NCBI GenBank assembly: GCA_964468645.1
Contig: CAYXUU010000001.1
Span: forward strand, 79,857-143,856
Length of the DNA stretch: 64,000 nucleotides
Origin: an uncultured Bacteroidales bacterium
Lineage (GTDB): Bacteria; Bacteroidota; Bacteroidia; Bacteroidales; JAIOZK01
Reading direction: 5' to 3'
The position numbers and the translations under genes are program-made. The notes under the pieces were generated by a model. The model was not told where the DNA came from, ran no database searches, and saw nothing but the letters and a program-made list of their open reading frames with translations. This document shows, piece by piece, positions 47,449-57,226 of this stretch; position 1 is the stretch's first letter, and every line of letters starts with the position of its first letter.

Positions 47449-47570
47449 GCGCAAAGGAGGTGATTTTAGCGATAAAGCGACGTAAGCGAACAAAGCGATA
47501 AACAGGGGATTCAAACCCCGATTTTACATCGTTGTATTTTTTAACCGCGGAACGCTAAGATTCGCAGAGA
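47449..47570. repeat. word-repeat element (TTAGCG / CGCTAAG words in opposite orientation around a GGGG-ATTCAAA-CCCC hairpin)
   Basis: The left half reads GCGCAAAGG...TTAGCGATAAAGCGACGTAAGCGAACAAAGCG. The right half reads TTTTTTAACCGCGGAACGCTAAGATTCGCAGAGA. Confidence 0.5.
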
Positions 47571-47645
47571 ATTACTTGTGATTAAAAGAATCTAACATCG
47601 AACGGCCTGTCCTGAGTTTGCCGCAGGATCGACAACCGACAATCA

Positions 47646-48977
47646 TCAAATCTCCTTCCTTTTCCACCTTCCAGACTTCAGATAAAGAAGCGAAAATCCT
47701 CCAAGGAAAAAGAAATAGATATATTCGGCTACCCAGATGATCTCTGGTGAGGATGGCCAAACAATGGAAACCAAGTAAATATAAGCCACGTAAATGAATA
47801 TTGTGATCAATTCAATAATCAGTGCCATCTGGGTATTACCGGTACCTGATACAGCCTGGAATATTACCATGCTTACCGAGAATAGGATCAGAGCACCTGT
47901 GATTACTCGTATCACCGGCAGGGTCATTTCCGACAATGAGGCATCCAGGGTATAAAGTGATATCATAGGGCCGGGAATAACTATAGTGATAGCAACAATA
48001 ATAAGGGTGCTTAACAGGCTCATCAATGTTACATTTCGAATAGCTTTATAAACCATATCCTGTCGTCCTTCACCGATGATATTACTCACCAGGGTATTCA
48101 CCGACTGGCTGAAAGCCCAGATTGGGATCATCAAGATAATGTAAAGGCTACGGGTGATATTGGAAATGGCCAGTGGTCTTTCACCGGTTTTTTCGATAAG
48201 CATAAAGAATACGAACCATCCGGCCATAGACAGGAAGTACTGGAGCATGATAAAAACAGATAATTTTAAGGTTCCCCTGATAATCATCCAGCGAAATCCC
48301 TTAAAACGAAACAGGCCATATTTACCGGTATCTCTTTTAAAAATTGTATATACAACGAAAAAGACTGTTGAGGATGCTTCTGCAATTACCGATGCCAGTG
48401 CGGCCCCGGCAATGCCCATTTCCGGAAATCCCCAGTGTCCGAAGATCAGGGCATAATCAAGAATAATATTCACTATGGCCATTACCATGGCACTGGGGGT
48501 AATGATCCTTGTTTTTGTAATCCCGATATAAAATGACCTAAATAAAACATTGAAATATGCAAAGAATAAACCCCAGATCCTGTATTTCAGATAAAGCCGG
48601 GCTGCTGTATATATCTCTTCCGATTTGATGATATGTACCAGTAAATTATCGGCAAGAAACTCGATCAGAAAGAACAATACAATAGCCAGGAAAAGCATGA
48701 AATAAATACCATGATCGAACAGCCAGCCGATAGCTTTGTAATTTTTCTCACCGTTTCTGCGGCCTATCAGTATTTGTGTACCTATTGCAAATCCAAAACC
48801 AGCAATGAAGATTGCGAGATAAAATACACCTGCAATTGCTGAAGCTCCCAGCTCAACTTCCCCAACCCTTCCCAGGAAAGCCGTATCAATAACCTGGATA
48901 ATATTCTGTGCCAGCAATCCTAGGATGATGGGGAATGAGAGTTTCCATATACCCCTGTATGTGATATCTGTTATCAT
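47646..48977 (-). CDS. MATE-family efflux transporter
   Basis: 12-TM profile. N-terminus MITDITYRGIWKLSFPIILGLLAQNIIQVIDTAFLGRVG. The tracked start at 49010 would run into the hairpin element, so Met12 (48977) is preferred. Confidence 0.8.
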   Translation of the reverse strand: MITDITYRGIWKLSFPIILGLLAQNIIQVIDTAFLGRVGEVELGASAIAGVFYLAIFIAGFGFAIGTQILIGRRNGEKNYKAIGWLFDHGIYFMLFLAIVLFFLIEFLADNLLVHIIKSEEIYTAARLYLKYRIWGLFFAYFNVLFRSFYIGITKTRIITPSAMVMAIVNIILDYALIFGHWGFPEMGIAGAALASVIAEASSTVFFVVYTIFKRDTGKYGLFRFKGFRWMIIRGTLKLSVFIMLQYFLSMAGWFVFFMLIEKTGERPLAISNITRSLYIILMIPIWAFSQSVNTLVSNIIGEGRQDMVYKAIRNVTLMSLLSTLIIVAITIVIPGPMISLYTLDASLSEMTLPVIRVITGALILFSVSMVIFQAVSGTGNTQMALIIELITIFIYVAYIYLVSIVWPSSPEIIWVAEYIYFFFLGGFSLLYLKSGRWKRKEI

Positions 48978-48986
48978 TTTTAAAAC

Positions 48987-49067
48987 TAACCGCAGAGCAC
49001 GCCAAGACACGCAAAATTATACTTTAATACTGATATCTTTAGCGTATCTTAGCGTACTTCGCGGTTA
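48987..49067. repeat. TAACCGC-family hairpin element
   Basis: TAACCGCAGAGCACGCCAAGACACGCAAA faces TAACCGCGAAGTACGCTAAGATACGCTAAAG on the other strand. It fills the gap between the trkH stop and the MATE start. Confidence 0.65.
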
Positions 49068-49068
49068 A

Positions 49069-50547
49069 TTATTTCTTCCAGAAGGCCGGCGCAAAGATGA
49101 TTAATACCGTAAACAGCTCCAGCCTTCCCAACAACATTAAAAATGCAAGAAACCATTTCCCGAAAACGGGTATTGTTTCATAGTTCCCTGTTGGCCCAAC
49201 ATCTCCAATACCCGGACCGATGTTACCAAGAGTAGCCGCTGTTGATCCGATTGCCGTTTCAAAATCAAGGCCAAGGATAGACATAATCATCGTTCCAAAT
49301 GCGAAAATTATGATATAGATCAGGAAGAAGGCCATCACCTTATAGATGATATCCTGGGGAACGGCTTTGCCATTGAGTTTTACAGGGATGATGGCACTTG
49401 GATGTATCAGCCTTTTAAGTTCCTTACCACTGTTTTTGAATAACAATAACTGACGGATAACTTTAATACCACCGCCTGTGGAACCTGCACTGCCACCAAC
49501 AAACATCAGTAGAAAAATGATCATCCATAATGCACCCGGCCATAACAGGTAATCGGCAGTAACATAACCGGTGGTGGTTACTATGGAGACAACCTGGAAA
49601 AGGGATTCCCGGAATGCAAACTCCAGGTTTTCATCACGGAGCAGAACCAATGAAACAGTAATGGCGGCACACACAATCAGTATCAGGTATAGATATTTTC
49701 TGAATTCTTCATTTTTCCATACTTTTCTGAAACGTCCATGTAAGCCTAAATAATGAAGGGTAAAATTGGTACCTGCAAGGATCATGAAAATAATGATCAC
49801 ATACTGGATAAATGGGTTAAATTCAATAATACTGGTATTCTTTGTTGAAAATCCGCCAGTGGCTACCGTACCAAAGGTATGACATAGTGAATCAAAAAAT
49901 CCCATACCACCAACCATCAACAATATGGTTTGTGAAATCGTCAGAATTAAATAAATTGCCCAGAGCCTTTTGGCAGTCTGGGTAATACGGGGATGTAATT
50001 TATCATGCTGGACACCTGGCATTTCAGCAACAAACATCTGTTGTCCCCCAATGCCTAAAAATGGCAGGATTGCAACTGATAACACAATAATTCCCATACC
50101 GCCGATCCAGTGTGTTAGGCTCCTCCAGAAAAGGATACCCTGAGGGAGGCTTTCGATATCGGTAAGGATAGAAGCCCCTGTGGTGGTAAATCCTGAAATG
50201 GTTTCGAAGAAAGCATTGGTAAACTGAGGGATCGTTCCGCTGAATAAAAAAGGGAGGGTTCCGAAAAGGGAAATCACGATCCAGGTAAAAGATACGATGA
50301 TATAGCCTTCCCGTTTTCCGATATTTTTGTTTTTAAATTTCCAGGTGAATATCATCATAGTCAGGCCGGAGATAGCCGTAATGATGCCAGATACCAGCAG
50401 GGCCATGAACCCGTTTCCGAATTGAAAAACAGAACCGGTGTAATCATCCAGCAGCGCAAAAGGGATACCCGTGAACATAAACAAACCTTCCACGATAAGC
50501 AGAAAACCCATAACACGGATAATAATCCTGTAATTGATCTTTTTCAT
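49069..50547 (-). CDS. trkH: TrkH-family potassium uptake membrane subunit
   Basis: 492 aa and polytopic, with selectivity-filter-like TTTG/TGG segments (SGFTTTGAS, ATGGFST, VTTTGYV, GSTGGGIK). Confidence 0.85.
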   Translation of the reverse strand: MKKINYRIIIRVMGFLLIVEGLFMFTGIPFALLDDYTGSVFQFGNGFMALLVSGIITAISGLTMMIFTWKFKNKNIGKREGYIIVSFTWIVISLFGTLPFLFSGTIPQFTNAFFETISGFTTTGASILTDIESLPQGILFWRSLTHWIGGMGIIVLSVAILPFLGIGGQQMFVAEMPGVQHDKLHPRITQTAKRLWAIYLILTISQTILLMVGGMGFFDSLCHTFGTVATGGFSTKNTSIIEFNPFIQYVIIIFMILAGTNFTLHYLGLHGRFRKVWKNEEFRKYLYLILIVCAAITVSLVLLRDENLEFAFRESLFQVVSIVTTTGYVTADYLLWPGALWMIIFLLMFVGGSAGSTGGGIKVIRQLLLFKNSGKELKRLIHPSAIIPVKLNGKAVPQDIIYKVMAFFLIYIIIFAFGTMIMSILGLDFETAIGSTAATLGNIGPGIGDVGPTGNYETIPVFGKWFLAFLMLLGRLELFTVLIIFAPAFWKK

Positions 50548-50744
50548 TTCGGTTGCGAATATATAAAATTAGGGAAATTGGGAATGGAAGATTATAATAG
50601 AATGCGGATTATCATGAAATTTTATGTTGGATTGTTAAGTGGTTGAGTGGATAAGTAGTTGAGTGGTTAAGAGGGGAGTCGTTTCCATTGGTAGGGGGTG
50701 TTTGTTCTATCTGACTTATTTTCCTTGAGCAAACATTTTAGATG

Positions 50745-50878
50745 TTTAACCACGAAGGGCGCAAAGGGAACCACGAAGGACACAAAGAATTTTAACCGCT
50801 AAGCACGCTAAGATCACCAATCCTTTTTGTACCACAGAGGATACAGGGAATTCACGGGGAACACAGAGATTGAATCAA
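50745..50878. repeat. array of same-orientation words (AACCACGAAGG, GCGCAAAGG, TTTTAACCGCTAAGCACGCTAAGA, ACCACAGAGG...ACACAGAG)
   Basis: Read from the sequence, inside the 431-nt gap between the trkH start and the stop of the BNR-repeat gene. Confidence 0.55.
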
Positions 50879-50978
50879 TTTTAAAAATAACCCCAAATGA
50901 ATACCTATCATTGACCTCAGAGAGGTCATATTATTATAGCTATGAAATACGACGGAAGAGAAAATGACTTCGGAGAAG

Positions 50979-53213
50979 TCACATTTTTATGATCTTTAGT
51001 GTTTCTTTTGAATTGCCGGAAAAAATTTCACAGAGGTAGATCCCGTTCGGTATAATTTCTTTGTTGTTAATTGTCTTCCATGTGAATGATTTTGAACCTG
51101 CTGGTAATTTCCGGTCATAAACAAGCTTCCCGGTAAGACCATAGATTTTTGTACCTGAAATTATAACATCATTCTTTTCCGAATAGAATGTAATATGATT
51201 TTTAAATGGATTGGGATAACACTTCCAATGATTATTGTTCTCAGAAAATTCAGATAACTCCGGCTTTCCGACCGTTCCACCTGTTGTTGTCCTGAAGATC
51301 ACTCCATTATCACCCATGGCAACTCCCATGTCTTCTGTAAAGAAATTGACGGTATTTAGTTGTGACCCACCGATAGGTTCCAATGGATCCCAGGTGTTTC
51401 CTCCGTCTGTTGATTTGAATACGATATTATCCCCAGTGGCATAACCGATATCAGGGGTGGGGAAGTGGACGAAATTATAAGATCTGTTGCCAGGAAGGTT
51501 GACCATAGTAGTATCCCATGTCTGGCCGCCATCAGTTGTTATAATGATCTGATTATAGCCATAAATAAAACCCAGATTATCGTTATAAAAGTATACTCCA
51601 TTGGTCCAAAAGTTTTCGAAGGGAATGCTTTCAATATACCATGTTTCTCCGCAATCTTCTGTTTTTATTATGGATCCACCAGCTGACATATCTCCTGCAA
51701 TATACCCTATTAAATCATCCTTAAACTCAATATCAAAAATCCCTGATATAAAACCCATAACCTCAGATTCTATCAGATTCCAGGTTTCACCACCATCAAT
51801 GGTTTTATAAATTTCATTCCATGTGTCGTCATTATAACCGCCAATAAAACCGGTTTGCTCATCGATAAAACAAATACTCGAGGGGCCCATACGGTTGTTC
51901 TCATCATAATACTGTTGCCATGTCAAACCACCATCAACTGTTTTATAATATTCAAAACCAAAGTGAGCCCCACATAGAAAGCCCAGCATATCGTTTACAA
52001 AACTTATTGACCGGGGCTCACTCAATCCCCAGATTTCAGGTTTGCTCCATGTTAACCCGGCATCATTTGATCTGATAATAGCTCCATCAGGAACCCCTCC
52101 TGTACCTCCTGTTGTTACAGCAATAATCGTACTATCACTGATAATTTGTGCATTCAGAACCTTTTCATTTGTAATGAAATTAGAAGATTTTATAATCCAG
52201 TTGAAACCATAATCAATACTCTTGTAAATCTGACCGAACCTTCCGGTAAGCAAACCAGTCCCATTTTGATCCATGCATATATCTTCTAAAAACCAGAATC
52301 CAAGGGTGTCAATTATCTGCCAGGTCTCACCTGCGTTATCGGTCCTGAGTAAACTATTGGTATACCAGGGGAAAGCACCGATGCATAAACCAATGTCATC
52401 ATTCATGAAGAATATATTTTGAATGATTAAAGAAGGCCCATTGAATACTTCGTACCATGATTCCCCACCATTTTTAGTTTTTAAAATAATATGTGTGCGA
52501 TAACTTCCTTCATTACGCCAACCTCCGATATAAGCGATATCTTTATTTAAAAAATTGAAAGTACAGGCTTCCAGGTTTTCTATCGAAGGGTCAACATATA
52601 AGGTGTCCCAGGTATATCCCCCATCAATGGATTTAAAACAATAATCAATACCGGCTTTCGTAAGATATCCGGTATCCTGATTAATAAACTGAAAACCACT
52701 AAAATCTAATTGATCGGGATAAAGAACGGTATCCCAAGATGATCCCCCATTACTTGTTTTTAGTAGAAAATCTCCCCAGTAGTTACCGGATAGAAATCCC
52801 ATACTGTCGTCCAGGAATGTTATCTTATTATATCTAAAGTAATGATTAACAGCTCCTCCAGAAACCTGTGTCCATGATTCACCACCGTCCGATGTTTTTA
52901 ATAGTGTGAAATGAGACCCAGTTATATAACCTGTGTATTTGTCAATAAAATAAACCGATGTAAAGTATGTTTCATAATCCACATTAGCTGGCTGGCATTG
53001 AATGTTCCATGTTTCCCCAAAATCATCAGTGATCATAATTGTTGCCCCGGTTCCAACAGCAACAATTCTATCATTCGGAAGTAATGCAAGATCATTTATG
53101 GAACTTTCTGAGGGCAACGGGTTAATCCGCTCCCATGCAGGGTTCTGGGCGGTTAACAGGAAAACAGAATCCATGAAAACAACAATGAGAATATAACTGA
53201 TAATATTCTTCAT
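50979..53213 (-). CDS. BNR/Ycf48/sortilin-type beta-propeller repeat protein with T9SS type-A C-terminal sorting domain
   Basis: 744 aa with about 13 repeats of the x-D-G-G-x-(T/S)-W type (SDGGESW, IDGGYTW, KNGGESW, VDGGLTW, TDGGQTW...). C-terminus NGIYLCEIFSGNSKETLKIIKM. Confidence 0.8.
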   Translation of the reverse strand: MKNIISYILIVVFMDSVFLLTAQNPAWERINPLPSESSINDLALLPNDRIVAVGTGATIMITDDFGETWNIQCQPANVDYETYFTSVYFIDKYTGYITGSHFTLLKTSDGGESWTQVSGGAVNHYFRYNKITFLDDSMGFLSGNYWGDFLLKTSNGGSSWDTVLYPDQLDFSGFQFINQDTGYLTKAGIDYCFKSIDGGYTWDTLYVDPSIENLEACTFNFLNKDIAYIGGWRNEGSYRTHIILKTKNGGESWYEVFNGPSLIIQNIFFMNDDIGLCIGAFPWYTNSLLRTDNAGETWQIIDTLGFWFLEDICMDQNGTGLLTGRFGQIYKSIDYGFNWIIKSSNFITNEKVLNAQIISDSTIIAVTTGGTGGVPDGAIIRSNDAGLTWSKPEIWGLSEPRSISFVNDMLGFLCGAHFGFEYYKTVDGGLTWQQYYDENNRMGPSSICFIDEQTGFIGGYNDDTWNEIYKTIDGGETWNLIESEVMGFISGIFDIEFKDDLIGYIAGDMSAGGSIIKTEDCGETWYIESIPFENFWTNGVYFYNDNLGFIYGYNQIIITTDGGQTWDTTMVNLPGNRSYNFVHFPTPDIGYATGDNIVFKSTDGGNTWDPLEPIGGSQLNTVNFFTEDMGVAMGDNGVIFRTTTGGTVGKPELSEFSENNNHWKCYPNPFKNHITFYSEKNDVIISGTKIYGLTGKLVYDRKLPAGSKSFTWKTINNKEIIPNGIYLCEIFSGNSKETLKIIKM

Positions 53214-53252
53214 GGTTTTGAATGGTAATTACATGTAAAGATATTGAATATT

Positions 53253-53320
53253 TTTTAACTGCTAAGAGCGCAGAGATTCGAAGAGCTTTCTTTAAGCTCC
53301 TCCGCTCTCAGCGGTTAAAA
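53253..53320. repeat. TTTTAAC(T/C)GC-family hairpin element
   Basis: TTTTAACTGCTAAGAGCGCAGAG faces TTTTAACCGCTGAGAGCGGAG on the other strand. It lies between the trkA stop and the start of the BNR gene. Confidence 0.65.
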
Positions 53321-53441
53321 ATTACAACAATGTAAAATCAGGACCTTAAACCCTCCTGTTGTCGTGATTTGTATACACTGGTAATCGCTATATTCGCTTA
53401 AGTCTCTAAATTTTCTCAAGTCGAATCTACTGAAGTCAATG

Positions 53442-54782
53442 CTAGTTAAAAAGTTTTTCAACTTTATTAATTGCTTGAGGAAGTGAAAAGACCACCACAT
53501 GGTCATTCTCCCGTATCTGGGAATCGCCGGTGGCTATAAAAGATTCACCATTACGAATGATACCTCCAACAATAGCCCCTGAAGGGATTTTCTGTAGCCT
53601 TAATGGTTTTTTGGTAATGGCCGAACCGGGTTGGGCGATCAACTCCATCACCTCTGCATCGATGCCGCTGAGGCACTTCAGGGAAGTAACCTCGGCGCCC
53701 ATGGTAAATTTTACAATGTAACTGGCAGTGATCAATTTTTTATTGATGATGGTATCAATACCAATATTCTGAGAGATGTCGATATAATCAATGTTCTCTA
53801 CCAGGGCGATGGTTTTCTTGACCCCGAATTTGCGGGCATGCAAACAGGTAAGGATGTTGGTTTCGGAATTATCCGTTACAGCAATAAAAGCATCCATTCC
53901 CCTGATCTCTTCATCTTCGAGTAATTGAATATCCCGTGCATCCCCGTTAATGATAAGGGTTTCTTCAAGATAATCGGTGAGGAAGATACACCGTTCTTTA
54001 TTAATCTCCAGCATCTTGATATTCATCTCTTTTTCAAGCTGCCTGGCGGCGGTTCTGCCTACCCGTCCACCACCCACGATCATAATATTTCGGATATCTA
54101 TTTTCTGTTTACCGCCAAGCATCATCAATTCGCTTACCCCTTCGGGCCTGGTAATTACATAGGAAAGATCATTTTCAAGGAAAACATCTTCACCACGTGG
54201 AATGATGGTTGTAGAATTCCTGTGGATGGCTACCGAGCGGAAATCGAGATGTGCATAAGACTGGGCAATTTCATTCAGTGATTTATTGATAACCGGTGCC
54301 CCCCTTTCCAGTTTGATCAGGAACAGGGATAGTTTGCCGTCTGAAAAATCATGAACTTCAGTGGCAGCCGTTTGATGCAGCAGGTTAATGATCTCCTGTG
54401 AGGCAATGGCCTCCGGACATACCAGGGCATCAATACCCATCTCTTCGTATATTTTTATATTTTCTTTAGAAACTGATTCAAGGCTGTTGATACGTGCAAT
54501 GGTTTTCTTGGCGCCCAGTTTCTTTCCTAATATAGCTGTGATGATATTGATCTGCTCGTTATGAACTACTGATATCAGCAAATCGGCTCTTTTGATATTG
54601 GCACTTTTTAATACGTCGATAGAAGTAGAATCCCCGGTAATGGTCATCAGGTCTGTATGGGCTTCTACCATTTTCAGAAGCTCCTCATGCGGATCAACAA
54701 TAGTGATGTTATGATTCTCACTGGCAAGTTCCTTGGCCAGGTGCAAACCCACTTCCCCGTCGCCGGCAATTACGATATTCAT
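53442..54782 (-). CDS. trkA: TrkA potassium uptake NAD-binding subunit (two RCK tandem)
   Basis: 446 aa. MNIVIAGDGEVGLHLAKEL and a second Rossmann at IMIVGGGRVGRTAARQL. Confidence 0.9.
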   Translation of the reverse strand: MNIVIAGDGEVGLHLAKELASENHNITIVDPHEELLKMVEAHTDLMTITGDSTSIDVLKSANIKRADLLISVVHNEQINIITAILGKKLGAKKTIARINSLESVSKENIKIYEEMGIDALVCPEAIASQEIINLLHQTAATEVHDFSDGKLSLFLIKLERGAPVINKSLNEIAQSYAHLDFRSVAIHRNSTTIIPRGEDVFLENDLSYVITRPEGVSELMMLGGKQKIDIRNIMIVGGGRVGRTAARQLEKEMNIKMLEINKERCIFLTDYLEETLIINGDARDIQLLEDEEIRGMDAFIAVTDNSETNILTCLHARKFGVKKTIALVENIDYIDISQNIGIDTIINKKLITASYIVKFTMGAEVTSLKCLSGIDAEVMELIAQPGSAITKKPLRLQKIPSGAIVGGIIRNGESFIATGDSQIRENDHVVVFSLPQAINKVEKLFN

Positions 54783-54840
54783 AGCTGTAAGTACCTGTAG
54801 TTTAATTTATCTGTGCAAATGTATAATTTAATTGGGATAT

Positions 54841-54883
54841 GGTTGAGGGGTTGAAAGGTTGAAAAGTTGAATTGTTGAGTTGG
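54841..54883. repeat. periodic GGTTGA(R) word array (about 8-9 nt period, five units)
   Basis: GGTTGAGG GGTTGAAA GGTTGAAAA GTTGAATT GTTGAGTT GG. Similar GTTGA words occur at about 12925-12955, about 23135-23160 and about 50640-50670. Confidence 0.6.
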
Positions 54884-55201
54884 AAATTTTGATGGGTACT
54901 TCATTTTTGATATTTTCACCATCAGGGTGTAAAGGACGGGGCAATAGAATGAGAACGACATGAGCGCCTTTAGCGACTTCAAAATTTGGCCGCAAAATTA
55001 ATTGGTTCAATGCGGATTTTGTATTATTCCTCTGTTTATTTTTTGCATGAAGCCTTTTATCCTTAAAGATATAGAACGCTGATTAATATGATTGTTATGA
55101 TCAGATCTAATTTCCCTATTCGCTTATGTATTTTAGAATTTGTTTAAGTCGCCCAAATCATTTTCTTCATTTGTACCTTGCACTATGTGCATCAGTTGTC
55201 A

Positions 55202-55993
55202 TCACTTAATCTCAAACCTATCCCAGTCCAAAGCAACGTTAAACTGTTTTCTGAAATCGGCCATCTCATTATAGGAGAGTTTTAATGTCTGAATATCTTC
55301 TTTGTTGGGTTCGGCCTGATACAGGATTTTTCCTTCCGGATTAATGACCATGGAGTCACCTGTGTGATCGATTCTGTTTTTGTCTTTACCAACACGGTTA
55401 ACCCCAATTACATACGCCTGATTCTCAATAGCCCTGGCAATGAGCAATTGTATCCAGTGGTGGTTTCTCATATGGGGCCAGTTGGCGATATAAAAAAGAA
55501 CGTCATATTCATACTGTCCGTCCTGATACCCGTTTTTACTCCATACCGGGAAACGAAGATCATAACAAATTTGCGGGCAGAAATTCCATCCCTTGAAATT
55601 AAGGACAATTTTTTCCTCACCCGGAGAAATATATTCCGATTCTTCTCCAAGCTGAAACACATGCCGTTTTGAATAGGTTATGAAATCACCATCGGGATGC
55701 ATCCAGATCAGGCTGTTGTAAAACTTCATATCTTTTTCAAGAACAAGGCTTGCAACAATAGCACATTGTTTTTCCTTCGCTTTTTGTTTAAGCCAGCTTA
55801 CAGACCGGCCCTGAGTATTTTCAGCGAATTTTTTTGGATCAACCGGAAAACCGGTATTAAACATCTCTGGAAGGAAGATGACATCGGTATGGACGGTTAT
55901 TTCATCCAATTTCTTTCCGAAAGTTTTAAGATTTGCCTCTGGTTTTTCCGGTACAATATTTGCCTGTACAAGGCTGATGATTAAATCCTGCAT
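55202..55993 (-). CDS. carbon-nitrogen hydrolase family amidohydrolase (omega-amidase YafV-like)
   Basis: 263 aa. Nitrilase-superfamily layout with E (LPEMFNTG), K (YSKRHVF) and C (PQICYDLRFP) contexts. Confidence 0.75.
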   Translation of the reverse strand: MQDLIISLVQANIVPEKPEANLKTFGKKLDEITVHTDVIFLPEMFNTGFPVDPKKFAENTQGRSVSWLKQKAKEKQCAIVASLVLEKDMKFYNSLIWMHPDGDFITYSKRHVFQLGEESEYISPGEEKIVLNFKGWNFCPQICYDLRFPVWSKNGYQDGQYEYDVLFYIANWPHMRNHHWIQLLIARAIENQAYVIGVNRVGKDKNRIDHTGDSMVINPEGKILYQAEPNKEDIQTLKLSYNEMADFRKQFNVALDWDRFEIK

Positions 55994-57138
55994 AATATAT
56001 CTGCTGCTTGTTTTAAGGTATGTTGCTGTTTTGCGAAACAGAAGCGAAGTAAACGTAAATCATTCTTTTTGGAATAAAAGGGTGAAAGGGGAATGGAAGC
56101 TATACCATATTCAGTAACCAGTCGCTCGGCGAAATCCATATCATGTTCATCGGTAATGTCGCTGTAATCCAGTAACTGGAAATAGGTTCCGAATGAGTGA
56201 ATGATCCGGAACCGTGACCGCTGCAGTAGTTTTGCAAAATAGTCACGTTTCTTCTGGTACATATTGCCCACGTTCATATAATTACGTTTGTTGCGTAAAA
56301 ATTCCGCAAGTGCATTTTGTACGGGAGTATTACAGGCAAACACAACGAACTGGTGTGTTTTCCTGAATTCCTCCATCAGGTTTGCGGGTGCCAGGGCATA
56401 ACCCATTTTCCATCCTGTCGCGTGAAATGTTTTCCCGAATGAACCGATTACAAAACTTCGCTTTGCCAGTGAGGGAAACCGGCATACACTTTGATGTTCC
56501 CTTCTATCGTATATCAGATGTTCATACACCTCATCACTGAGGATAATAATGTCAGTCTTCCTGGTGATCTTTTCAAGCCTGCGAAGGTCATCTTCCCTGA
56601 TCAGGCTTCCGGTAGGGTTATGCGGGGAGTTGATGATAATTAACTTGGTCCGGTGTGTGATGAGGCCGGTCATTTCATTCCAGTTTATCTGGAAATCGGG
56701 ATAGGTAAGTTTGCTGAATTTGACCCTGCCGCCATTGAGTTTTACTGATGGAGCATAACTGTCGTAGGCAGGGTCAAATATTATCGCTTCATCATCCTCC
56801 CTGATAAAAGTGGAAATAACAGTAAAAATTGCCTGGGTGGCCCCTGCAGTAATGTTGATCTCACTTTCGGGATCATATTCAATATCATAAGTGTTTTTCA
56901 CCTTACGGGAAATCATCTTTCTGAGCTCAGGAGTTCCAGTCATGGGAGCATATTGATTATGTCCCTCTTTCATGTTATGATGTACCAGTTCGATGAGTCT
57001 GGGTGATACCTCGAAATCAGGGAAACCCTGGCTTAAATTCAGGGCATTATGATCGGCGGCCATTTTCGACATCACTGCAAAAATGGATGTTCCCTCATGC
57101 GGGAGTTTTGAGATTGTTCTTCCTTCAAAATTCATCAT
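55981..57138 (-). CDS. class I/II pyridoxal-phosphate aminotransferase (methionine/glutamine transaminase YbdL-like)
   Basis: 385 aa. NLSQGFPDF, NSPHNPTG, and PLP-lysine context SFGKTFHATGWKMGY. Confidence 0.8.
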   Translation of the reverse strand: MMNFEGRTISKLPHEGTSIFAVMSKMAADHNALNLSQGFPDFEVSPRLIELVHHNMKEGHNQYAPMTGTPELRKMISRKVKNTYDIEYDPESEINITAGATQAIFTVISTFIREDDEAIIFDPAYDSYAPSVKLNGGRVKFSKLTYPDFQINWNEMTGLITHRTKLIIINSPHNPTGSLIREDDLRRLEKITRKTDIIILSDEVYEHLIYDRREHQSVCRFPSLAKRSFVIGSFGKTFHATGWKMGYALAPANLMEEFRKTHQFVVFACNTPVQNALAEFLRNKRNYMNVGNMYQKKRDYFAKLLQRSRFRIIHSFGTYFQLLDYSDITDEHDMDFAERLVTEYGIASIPLSPFYSKKNDLRLLRFCFAKQQHTLKQAADILCRI

Positions 57139-57190
57139 TACTATGGGGTGTTATAGCCACAAATGTAATGAATTATTCATCGTTAAATTG

Positions 57191-57198
57191 TAATTTTG
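57191..57198 (+). promoter_or_regulatory. candidate -7 promoter box (TAATTTTG) for pgk
   Basis: Exact TAnnTTTG match 29 nt upstream of the pgk ATG. Confidence 0.4.
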
Positions 57199-57226
57199 AA
57201 GTCCAAATCAAATAATTAAACATTCT

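Noticed and set aside
47500-47525. A tRNA-like T-arm (GGGG-ATTCAAA-CCCC; on the other strand GGGG-TTTGAAT-CCCC) that might mark a tRNA or tRNA fragment.
   Set aside because: I could find no acceptor, D or anticodon stems at the required spacing on either strand. The hairpin sits in the middle of a word-repeat element.
48978-49010. The N-terminal extension of the MATE ORF (MSWRALRLVLK).
   Set aside because: It overlaps the TAACCGC hairpin element. The conserved MATE N-terminus begins at the next Met.
54841-54883. The periodic word arrays as possible degenerate CRISPR or tandem-repeat loci.
   Set aside because: The units are only about 8 nt with no spacers. There are no cas genes and the copies are irregular. 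They are reported instead as a repeat-family observation.
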